64,000 nucleotides of DNA, from IMG/VR virus record IMGVR_UViG_3300042483_000388. One strand, written 5' to 3'. The position numbers and the translations under genes were made by a program. The notes under the pieces are model-generated. The model searched no databases. It was not told where the DNA came from and saw only the letters and a list, made by a program, of their open reading frames with translations. Origin of the DNA: a virus (lineage: Duplodnaviria; Caudoviricetes). Each line of letters starts with the position of its first letter. Position 1 is the stretch's first letter. Positions 37,272 through 46,134 of this stretch are shown piece by piece.

Positions 37272-40196
37272 TTATCTGTTATCTATATAGATGATTACTT
37301 CACTATAGTATTCTATAAAATGATCATTCCATAGATCCCATTTAATATCTACACCATCTACGGAGAAAACTTGTATGTTATCAAATTGTGGAAAGATATT
37401 ATCTCTAAACCATCTGAACTTACATTTATGAAAACTATCATCATCTCTCATATGAAATTCCGTTACAATTTTTGGAATTGTTTTTAAAAACTCAATATTA
37501 CTTTGTTGGAACACATCGTATTCACCACCTTCACAATCACACTTTAAGAAATCTATTTTATCAATTCCGTTTTCATCTAAAAATTCTTTGAATGTAAATG
37601 TTGGAACACTCTCACTAACATTATCCCAAGTGATATGAATTTTCTTTTTATCTGTGATTGCCCCTTGAATAATTTTTACATTATCTTGACCAACATTTTT
37701 ATGAAGTATACCAACTTGGTATGATAATGGTTCCACAACATAACATTGTTTTGGATTCTTTGGTAAGATTTTATATGTGAACGGACCTAAGGACGCACCT
37801 AAATCAACAACAACATCACCTTCTTCAACTTCAAAATGTCTTTCATATGTATTATCTTCAAATATCTCTTTAATTGCAGCATCAACATACCAACCACTTT
37901 TTTTACCCCAGTCAAATTCAACCTCATCAAAATTTTCTTCCGTTACCCCTTCATTATTAATAATTCTATTTATTTGTTTAATTACCATATCAGAACTTAT
38001 TCGATTTGTACATTCAAACATTCGATCGGTATTTTTATGTAAAGGACACCAATTCCAGTCGCCAGCATCTAATCTTTCTGAATTAAAACATCCGTGACAA
38101 ACACTTTCATTAATAACTCTATATGTGTCTAAAGTTGTTTCTGCCCATTTCTCACTAAACCCTGAAATCAAAACAATAGGTAATTTACAAGCCCAAGCCA
38201 ACCAAGATAAACCAGACCCTAAACCAATAAAAAACTCACAACTTGATAGGTCATTAATAACTTCTTGTAGGTTTCCTCCTTTATAAATTGTTACGCCTTC
38301 AGGATAATGGTTACCCATATAGCCATCACCTTCTTTAGAATAGACCATGCATTCATATCCCAAATTATTAAGATGATCTATAACCGCTTGCCAAGCGTCA
38401 GGATTATTCCAATACTTTGCCTGTGCCGTAGAATGAAAACCAATACCCACTTTTTTCTTTTTAGGTGTGTTAGGTAATTTTAATAGTGGTCTAACTTCTT
38501 CATAATCTAAACCTAATATATCCGTTGCCGTTTTTTGTAATGGCATTTTTTTAAAATCAAATGGGTGTTTGTTTGCGTCAAATTTACCATCTTCATTATA
38601 AAACCAACCTAAATTATATTGTGCGTGTATGTTTGGTATTAATTCGCCAGGTTCAACAAACTCAATTTCAGGATACTGATCTTTAAACAAACTATTAAGG
38701 AATGTCGATACTATCGGTTTGCAACCATGTTTTTTTCTAAATACCTCACAATAAGGAACCCAAGCCATTGTATCACCTAATGATTTTGATCCGAATGAAA
38801 TATATACTCTCTTATCTTTTAGATCTAATGTCTCATCATAAATTACTTCACCATTTTCTTCAACTGTTGTTCTCCATTTAATGAAATATTCTTTATTTAA
38901 TTTAACCCAACTATTAATTGACAATTCATTTTGATATGATATTTCATTTTTATCATCATAATATTTAATATTCAATTTGTTTTCTGTGGTTCCTTGTATT
39001 TCAAAATAAGGTTGGGTAACATAATGTCTAACAAAGGTATAATCTTTGGTTAAAGGTTTGTTTTGGGTAATGTTTATATTTGTAACTGCGTTATAAAAAT
39101 TCAATAAATCTTCACCAAATGTATCATCAGGTAATATTTTATAAACGTCCTTATTTTCAATAAGTTCAACCAATTGTTTTGATATGTTTTTAACATCACC
39201 TTCTATTGGTGTTATATATCCGTCAAACATACCCATGTATTGTGGTAAATCTCTTGCAAGGATTTTCATTCCATAGTTGATTGATTCTCTAACAACCAAC
39301 GGATTACATTCCCAAGTTGAGTTAAACATTAAAACATCGCAAGCCGTCATGAATTTCTCAACGTCAGATCGTTCCCCCCATACTTTAACATTAGAAGGAA
39401 GGTCTTTCATAATAGGACCCCAATAGTCTTCAAAGTTTGGAGCTTGGTTCCCAATAAAATGAAATTCAATATCTGAGTTTGATTCAATTAATTCTTTTGC
39501 AACCTCAACACCTTCACCTTGATTTTTACCACTTGTCCATAACCCAACATTAAGTACGTGAGTTTTAAACATATCCAAACCAAGTTCATTTCTTACTTTA
39601 ATTTTTTCAATAAGTGGTACTTGATTAAAATCACCATAGATTTCATTCTCCTCTAAAATTTTAGTTACCTTATTCTCAATTGGGTATAACGATAAAAACT
39701 TAATTGGTGTTTCATTTAAAAACGTTTCCTTTAAATGATAAGGGGTAACAAAACAATATGCCTCAGGATTGAATTTTTTATGTGTTTGCGGATTAAACCA
39801 AACATTATGACAAGTCTCAACCATTTTCCAAGTCCTATCATTTGAATAAAGTTGATTTAACAATGGTAGCGGAATTTTATTAAAACTTTCAAACCCTTCA
39901 ACCATCTCTTCTGAATGGACAATATCAATATGATTGTTTTTAATAATATCAATTAACTCATATTTTCTTTTTGTGTTACTTGTATCCCCTAAACTAAAAA
40001 AATGACCTTCACCCAATATATCAATTATTTTATCTCGTTGAACAACATATGTATTACTAAACTGAGAATACTCAACCAAAAAGATTTCAATTTGGTCTTT
40101 GAATTTTTGAAGTTCTTGAATTCTTTTTAATACGAATTGGGGTTGTCCTCCAGTTGAAAGATGAGGTGTAAGATATAATAGTTTAATTTTTTTCAT
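37272..40196 (-). CDS. Three-domain protein: GT4-like + TibC/AAH-type protein O-heptosyltransferase + FkbM methyltransferase
   Basis: N-terminal YLTPHLSTGGQPQ..DVLMFNSTWECNPLVVRE; middle SLGDTMAW..FFIGLGSGLSWLAW..LISGFS..CHGCFN..CPLH..FEC; C-terminal VVVDLGASLG..VEP..IDFLKCDCEGGEY. Start taken at MKKIK (40196). Confidence 0.8.
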   Translation of the reverse strand: MKKIKLLYLTPHLSTGGQPQFVLKRIQELQKFKDQIEIFLVEYSQFSNTYVVQRDKIIDILGEGHFFSLGDTSNTKRKYELIDIIKNNHIDIVHSEEMVEGFESFNKIPLPLLNQLYSNDRTWKMVETCHNVWFNPQTHKKFNPEAYCFVTPYHLKETFLNETPIKFLSLYPIENKVTKILEENEIYGDFNQVPLIEKIKVRNELGLDMFKTHVLNVGLWTSGKNQGEGVEVAKELIESNSDIEFHFIGNQAPNFEDYWGPIMKDLPSNVKVWGERSDVEKFMTACDVLMFNSTWECNPLVVRESINYGMKILARDLPQYMGMFDGYITPIEGDVKNISKQLVELIENKDVYKILPDDTFGEDLLNFYNAVTNINITQNKPLTKDYTFVRHYVTQPYFEIQGTTENKLNIKYYDDKNEISYQNELSINSWVKLNKEYFIKWRTTVEENGEVIYDETLDLKDKRVYISFGSKSLGDTMAWVPYCEVFRKKHGCKPIVSTFLNSLFKDQYPEIEFVEPGELIPNIHAQYNLGWFYNEDGKFDANKHPFDFKKMPLQKTATDILGLDYEEVRPLLKLPNTPKKKKVGIGFHSTAQAKYWNNPDAWQAVIDHLNNLGYECMVYSKEGDGYMGNHYPEGVTIYKGGNLQEVINDLSSCEFFIGLGSGLSWLAWACKLPIVLISGFSEKWAETTLDTYRVINESVCHGCFNSERLDAGDWNWCPLHKNTDRMFECTNRISSDMVIKQINRIINNEGVTEENFDEVEFDWGKKSGWYVDAAIKEIFEDNTYERHFEVEEGDVVVDLGASLGPFTYKILPKNPKQCYVVEPLSYQVGILHKNVGQDNVKIIQGAITDKKKIHITWDNVSESVPTFTFKEFLDENGIDKIDFLKCDCEGGEYDVFQQSNIEFLKTIPKIVTEFHMRDDDSFHKCKFRWFRDNIFPQFDNIQVFSVDGVDIKWDLWNDHFIEYYSEVIIYIDNR

Positions 40197-40247
40197 ACTA
40201 TAAAAATAAAACATACATTTTAATTGTGAAGTTCATATCATTATAGA

Positions 40248-41195
40248 ATGAAAGATGTTTGTGTTGATGTGTTAGGATGTAGATCGTTAGGGGATACCTT
40301 AGCCGTTACACCAACTTTAAGAAAACTTTATAATTCTTACGGTAAAAAAATATCTGTCGCAACTCATCACCCCGAAATTTTTAAAAACAATCCTTACGTA
40401 GATAATATTTTTAATGAAATTACAGACGACATTAAAAATGATTATGAAGTATTTGAATCCTTTAATATTGGATACCACCCAAACGGTGTTTGTTATAAAC
40501 ATAACGCAATGGATATTAGACAATTTCATGCGGTTAATTTAGGGTTTATGTTGACCAGAGATGAAATGTCAATGGACTATTTTCCTGATGAGGTAGAATT
40601 AATTGAGGGGTTACCTGAAAAATATGTTTTAATTCACCCCGTTCAAAATTGGAATTCAAGAACATGGGATGAAAAAAAATGGCAAATGTTAACAAAACTC
40701 TTAAATGAAAGAGGTATTGCCGTTATTTCTGTTGGAAAAGATTCATCAGAACTTGGTGGTTCAAATGTGGATAAACCCGTTTTTAATTTTAATATTGATA
40801 TTGGTTTGAATTTAATGAACCAAACAACCTTATCTCAAACATGGTGGCTAATTAATAGTGCAATGTGTTTCATTACTATGGATTCAGGATTACTTCATTT
40901 AGCAGGAACAACAGACTCAGAAATAATCCAACTTGGAAGTTCAATACATCCTCAATTTAGAGCACCATATAGAAAAAATAATCAAGGTCATAAATACCAT
41001 TATGTTCTTGGTGGTTGTGGTTTACATTGTGCATCAGATATTAAATACGGAGTTAAAGAATGGAAATCAATACAAGGTATACCATCACTCGTTAATTGTT
41101 TAGAAAGAAAAGAAACATTTGAATGTCACCCCAACCCAATTATTATTTATAATAAAGTTTTGGAAATATTAGATTTAGAATATTTATGTAGATAA
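40248..41195 (+). CDS. GT9-like (heptosyltransferase-like) glycosyltransferase
   Basis: SLGDTLAVTPTLRKL, VLIHP, RTW, FITMDSGLLHLAG and a Cys-rich C-terminus. Confidence 0.85.
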   Translation: MKDVCVDVLGCRSLGDTLAVTPTLRKLYNSYGKKISVATHHPEIFKNNPYVDNIFNEITDDIKNDYEVFESFNIGYHPNGVCYKHNAMDIRQFHAVNLGFMLTRDEMSMDYFPDEVELIEGLPEKYVLIHPVQNWNSRTWDEKKWQMLTKLLNERGIAVISVGKDSSELGGSNVDKPVFNFNIDIGLNLMNQTTLSQTWWLINSAMCFITMDSGLLHLAGTTDSEIIQLGSSIHPQFRAPYRKNNQGHKYHYVLGGCGLHCASDIKYGVKEWKSIQGIPSLVNCLERKETFECHPNPIIIYNKVLEILDLEYLCR

Positions 41196-41210
41196 TCACA
41201 TTTTAATTAC

Positions 41211-41510
41211 ATGGCAAACCAAATTCAAATAAATTCAATATCTGGAACTTCACCATTTGATATCTATGTATGTGATGTAACCATATCGTATTGTTTTTTT
41301 GTTTCAGGAATCACCACAACACCATATACGTTTAATGTTCCTCCACCTTTAGAGTCTATAACACCAATTATTTTAAAAATTATAGATGCTAATGATTGTG
41401 AAAAAATATTCTTACTATCTTGTGGGGAAATATACGGAAAAGAATTTGAAGGTTTTGAAGTATTTTTATTTCAAGACTCATCAATTTTTTTATTCGAAGG
41501 TCCTCCTTAA
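41211..41510 (+). CDS. Small beta-rich protein (99 aa), possibly structural
   Basis: Clean ORF preceded by TATTTAT. Confidence 0.55.
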   Translation: MANQIQINSISGTSPFDIYVCDVTISYCFFVSGITTTPYTFNVPPPLESITPIILKIIDANDCEKIFLLSCGEIYGKEFEGFEVFLFQDSSIFLFEGPP

Positions 41511-41565
41511 ACTATTAATATTCATATTTTTTTCTTTTCTATTATTATTATGGAAATAACCAAAT

Positions 41566-42810
41566 ATGAATACAATATTTATACAAATCGCCTCCTATCG
41601 TGATCCCCAACTTAGTTTAACAATCTCAGATTGCATTAAGAACTCTAAATACCCCAAAAATTTGGTATTTGGTATTTGTAATCAATATCACCCTGACGAT
41701 GAATTTAATATTGATGAATATCAGAATGACAAAAGATTTAGAATTGAAAATGTTTTATATTCAGATTCTAAAGGGGCTTGTTGGGCTCGTAACTTATTAC
41801 AACAAAGATATAGTGGAGAAACTTACACATTACAAATAGATTCTCATATGAGATTTTCTCCCGATTGGGACATTGAGATGATTAAAATGGTTAAACAACT
41901 TCAAAAGAAAGGACATAAAAAACCTTTATTAACGGGTTATGTTTCATCATTTGATCCCGAAAATGATCCACAGGGAAGAGTAAATGAACCATGGAGAATG
42001 TCTTTTGATAGATTTACACCTGAAGGTGTTGTGTTCTTTTTACCTGAGGTTATCCCTGGATGGAAAAAATTAAAAGAACCTATCCCTTCCAGATTCTATT
42101 CCGCACATTTTTGTTTTACATTGGGGCAATTTGTCAATGAAGTCCAACACGACAAAGATTATTATTTTCACGGAGAAGAAATTTCTATTGGCGTAAGATC
42201 CTTCACATATGGGTATGATTTATTTCATCCTCACAAAGTTTTAATTTGGCACGAATATACTCGAAAAAACAGAACAAAAAGTTGGGATGACGATAAAGAT
42301 TGGCATAAGAAAAACACAGCTTGTCATATAAAGAACAGACAACTTCTTGGTGTTGATGGAGAAGTTTATGATGGAGACTACTCACAATACTTTGGTAATG
42401 AAAGAACCATTAGAGATTACGAAAGATATTCCGGAATTTTATTTTCTAAAAGAGCTGTTCAACAAGATACTTTAGATAAGAAATACCCACCCAACGATTA
42501 CCCATATTCGTCCGAAACAGAATGGATTAATTCTTTTGCCACAATATTTAAACATTGTATAGACATAAATTTAAATAGTGTTCCAGAAACAGATTATGAT
42601 TTTTGGGTTGTTGCCTTCCATAACGCAAAAGATGAAACAATATATAGACAAGATGCTGACGCAAACGAAATTTTAAGAATAAAAAATGATCCCGATGGAT
42701 ATGGAAAAATATGGAGAGAGTTTAATGCAACCGAAATACCAAAATATTGGGTGGTATGGCCACACTCCATATCTAAAGACTGGTGTGAAAGAATAGTAGG
42801 TAATTTATGA
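41566..42810 (+). CDS. GT60/Gnt1-like polypeptide GlcNAc-transferase
   Basis: TIFIQIASYRDP, GACWARN, LQIDSHMRF (DxH), SAHFCF and FHGEEISIGVRSFTYGYDLFHP. Confidence 0.8.
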   Translation: MNTIFIQIASYRDPQLSLTISDCIKNSKYPKNLVFGICNQYHPDDEFNIDEYQNDKRFRIENVLYSDSKGACWARNLLQQRYSGETYTLQIDSHMRFSPDWDIEMIKMVKQLQKKGHKKPLLTGYVSSFDPENDPQGRVNEPWRMSFDRFTPEGVVFFLPEVIPGWKKLKEPIPSRFYSAHFCFTLGQFVNEVQHDKDYYFHGEEISIGVRSFTYGYDLFHPHKVLIWHEYTRKNRTKSWDDDKDWHKKNTACHIKNRQLLGVDGEVYDGDYSQYFGNERTIRDYERYSGILFSKRAVQQDTLDKKYPPNDYPYSSETEWINSFATIFKHCIDINLNSVPETDYDFWVVAFHNAKDETIYRQDADANEILRIKNDPDGYGKIWREFNATEIPKYWVVWPHSISKDWCERIVGNL

Positions 42811-44474
42811 TAACATTAGTAACGGGTTTATGGGACATAGGTAGAGGTGACCTTAGTGAAGGTTGGTCAAGATCGTACCAACATTATCTTAATAAGTTTG
42901 AGGACTTACTTAAGGTAGAGAACAATTTAATCATCTTTGGTGATGAGGAATTAGAAAAGTTTGTTAAAGAGAGACGACAAGACCACAACACCCAATTTAT
43001 TGTTAGAGACTTAACTTGGTTTAAAAATAATGAATTTTATAATCAAATACAATCAATAAGGACAAACCCAAAATGGTATAATCTTGCGGGGTGGTTAACG
43101 GACTCAACTCAAGCAAAATTGGAAATGTATAATCCATTGGTTATGTCAAAAATGTTTATCCTTCACGACGCTTTGCTCTTGGATAAGTTTGTCTCAGAAA
43201 AACTATATTGGATTGATGCTGGATTATCAAATACTGTTAATTTAGGTTATTTCACAAAAGACAATGTATTACCAAATATCGATAATCTTTTTGATAAGTT
43301 CACGTTTATTTGTTTTCCATATCAAGCCAACACAGAGATACACGGATTTGATATTAAACAAATGGATAAATACACTAGAGATAGAGTTGATAAAGTTTGT
43401 CGTGGAGGTTTCTTTGGTGGACCAATTGAGGACATAAGACAAATGAATACCTTGTATTATAATTTAATTAAAGATACATTATCAAAAGGTTTAATGGGAA
43501 CAGAAGAAAGTTTATTCTCAATTCTATTATATAACAACCCAACCTTAATTGATTATGTTGAAATAAATGGTGACGGATTATTGTATAAGTTTTTTGAAGA
43601 TGTTAAAAACAATGATGTAAAAATCAAAACAATTTCAAGACCGAACGAAGTTATTAAGAAAACAAATGGTGGTGTTGGTTTATATGTTATAACATTTAAC
43701 AGCCCAAAACAATTTGAAACCTTAATTAAAAGTATGTTAGATTATGATCCGGACTTTATTAATAAGACAAAGAAGTTTTTATTGGATAACTCCACAGACC
43801 TATCAACAACTCCGAGATATAAAGAATTGTGTGAAGAGTATAACTTTGAACATATTAAGAAAGATAATATAGGTATTACTGGTGGTAGAGTGTTTGTTGC
43901 CGAACATTTTGATGAAACTGATTTGGACTTTTATTTTTTCTACGAAGACGACATGCTATTTTATTCAAAACCAAACTCAAAATGTAAGAACGGATTTAGC
44001 AGAAATTGTGATAAATTATATGACAAAGCTCTTCATATTATGAAGAAAGAGGAATTAGATTTTCTCAAGTTAAACTTTACGGAATTTTTTGGTTCGCACG
44101 AAAAACAGTGGTCGTGGTATAACGTGAGCAATGAATTTAGAAAAGAACATTGGCCGTTTAATCAAAACTTGCCGGTGCAAGGTCAAGACCCAAACTCACC
44201 AAATTTAGAATTTAAAAACATTAAATCACATAATGGGTTATCATATGCGACTGGTGAAATCTTTTTAAGCAATTGGCCGATCGTGTTAAATAGAGACGGC
44301 AATTACAAATGTTATTTAGAAACAAAATTTGCCCATCCTCACGAACAAACGGTGATGAGTCAATGTTATCAAGAAACCGTTAAGGGTAGAGTTAAGTCGG
44401 CAGTTTTATTACTTACACCAACAGAACACAACCGTTTCGATTTTTATGAGGCACATTTGAGAAAAGAATGTTAA
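42807..44474 (+). CDS. HtrL/WlaTC-family glycosyltransferase fused to a second GT-A-like domain
   Basis: TLVTGLWDIGR, YWIDAG, RGGFFGG and MGTEESLFS in the first domain; FYEDDM in the second. Confidence 0.7.
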   Translation: MITLVTGLWDIGRGDLSEGWSRSYQHYLNKFEDLLKVENNLIIFGDEELEKFVKERRQDHNTQFIVRDLTWFKNNEFYNQIQSIRTNPKWYNLAGWLTDSTQAKLEMYNPLVMSKMFILHDALLLDKFVSEKLYWIDAGLSNTVNLGYFTKDNVLPNIDNLFDKFTFICFPYQANTEIHGFDIKQMDKYTRDRVDKVCRGGFFGGPIEDIRQMNTLYYNLIKDTLSKGLMGTEESLFSILLYNNPTLIDYVEINGDGLLYKFFEDVKNNDVKIKTISRPNEVIKKTNGGVGLYVITFNSPKQFETLIKSMLDYDPDFINKTKKFLLDNSTDLSTTPRYKELCEEYNFEHIKKDNIGITGGRVFVAEHFDETDLDFYFFYEDDMLFYSKPNSKCKNGFSRNCDKLYDKALHIMKKEELDFLKLNFTEFFGSHEKQWSWYNVSNEFRKEHWPFNQNLPVQGQDPNSPNLEFKNIKSHNGLSYATGEIFLSNWPIVLNRDGNYKCYLETKFAHPHEQTVMSQCYQETVKGRVKSAVLLLTPTEHNRFDFYEAHLRKEC

Positions 44475-44502
44475 ACCCCAGTATTTATTGTTAAACTAAT
44501 TG

Positions 44503-45555
44503 ATGGAATGGTTTATTAAGAAAGGAGCGACGCTTCCTACATTAAAATTAAATATATTTAAAGACGGTAGAAGCGATTATAATAGATCTATGAAAGATCT
44601 AAATCAAGATGATATATTCTTTTCTATGGTTAATACCGAAACAGATATCCCAAGAATAACATCAAGACCGGCAGGTGTTATGGAAAAACCAAACATTGAC
44701 CCAACTTTAGAACCGGATTACTACGTTTACTATCAGTTCACACCTTTTGATACCAAAGTTGTTGGCAGATATAAAGCACAATTTTTAATTAGAAACCAAA
44801 CTGGTGTTTTGGTTTTACCATTAAATGATGAACTATATATAAATGTTACGGATAGTTTCATTATTGACGACTTACCATATGTTAGTTGTTATGTGGTTGA
44901 CTTTCCTTGTTGTGTTGGTTCAGGAGGTGTTAATCCAGGACCAGGTCCAGGTCCTTTCCCAACAACAACGACCACAACAATAATACCATATACAACCACT
45001 TCAACAACAAGTATACCATATACAACCACTTCAACAACTTTAGGTCCTGAACCAACAGCATATACAGAATGGGTTATATCGTTTGGGACACCATCTTCAA
45101 CAAATGCGTGCTCTGAGTCGGGCGAATATGTTACCGCATACACACCTGTAATGTCTGCATTAACAATAGGTCAAACCCTTTGGGCGACACCAGAATTCAA
45201 TACATACGCTTTTGGGACTAATGGTTCTTGGTTTAAAATTCTAAAAAGAAATGGATTGTCTTATTCACCAAATACTGTTATATATGTTGGTCAATATAGT
45301 TTACTATTCGGTAATTACACTCAAGTAATTTATTCACATGAGTGTGGAACTTCATTTCCTTGTAAATGTTTTACATATACTAAAACACAAAATAATCTGT
45401 TTAATTCGTTATATGTTAATTGCAATGGTAATATTGTAGGTATAACTTTACCTTTTAATGGATCTCAAACTTTCTGTGCGGCCTTTACACAACCGTATGA
45501 TTATATATCTGTAACGGGCGGAAATAACAACTGTGTTGGTGGTATTTGTCCTTAA
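44503..45555 (+). CDS. BppU-like N-terminal domain protein with a Thr-rich linker
   Basis: FIKKGATLPTLKL..VYYQF..DT..GRYKAQF domain, then PGPGP-TTTTTT..TTTSTT, then a Cys-containing C-terminus. Confidence 0.55.
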   Translation: MEWFIKKGATLPTLKLNIFKDGRSDYNRSMKDLNQDDIFFSMVNTETDIPRITSRPAGVMEKPNIDPTLEPDYYVYYQFTPFDTKVVGRYKAQFLIRNQTGVLVLPLNDELYINVTDSFIIDDLPYVSCYVVDFPCCVGSGGVNPGPGPGPFPTTTTTTIIPYTTTSTTSIPYTTTSTTLGPEPTAYTEWVISFGTPSSTNACSESGEYVTAYTPVMSALTIGQTLWATPEFNTYAFGTNGSWFKILKRNGLSYSPNTVIYVGQYSLLFGNYTQVIYSHECGTSFPCKCFTYTKTQNNLFNSLYVNCNGNIVGITLPFNGSQTFCAAFTQPYDYISVTGGNNNCVGGICP

Positions 45556-45593
45556 CTAAAATCACAACTAAAGTATTTATAAATAAAGTATTG

Positions 45594-46025
45594 ATGGAAT
45601 TTTTCATAGGACAAAACGCAACTCTCCCCCTTTTAAAGTTACAGGTCGTTAAAGATGGTAACAACGACTATGACGATATGATGCAGTTTATTGAGAGATC
45701 TACAATATTTTTCTCAATGGTTAACATAGAAACAGGAATACCAAAGATAATGACTAAATCGGCCGGATTTGTCGAAAAACTTGATATGAACCCAAATGCA
45801 AGTCCAGAATATTATGTTTATTATAGATTTACAAAAAATGATACAAGTAAGGTGGGAAGATATGAAGGTCAGTTTTTATTTAGAAATGACACAGGAACAT
45901 TGGTATTACCGATTAGAGAACAATTATTTATTAATATAAGTGAAAGTTATTTGTCAGACGATATAGAACATAATAATTGTTATACCTTAGAGTTCCCTTG
46001 TTGTATTCCACCCCCAATTCTATAA
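45594..46025 (+). CDS. Paralog of the preceding BppU-like domain
   Basis: FFIGQNATLPLLKL..YYVYYRF..DT.KVGRYEGQF..GTLVLPI..FPCC. ATG at 45594 follows TATTTATA. Confidence 0.6.
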   Translation: MEFFIGQNATLPLLKLQVVKDGNNDYDDMMQFIERSTIFFSMVNIETGIPKIMTKSAGFVEKLDMNPNASPEYYVYYRFTKNDTSKVGRYEGQFLFRNDTGTLVLPIREQLFINISESYLSDDIEHNNCYTLEFPCCIPPPIL

Positions 46026-46134
46026 CCTACTATTTCCATATTTAATTGATTGATATATTCAAATTCCTTGACTATATTTATTAATGAAGGTGAATGTCGT
46101 TATACACGACAGCCAATGAACCACACTAATTATT

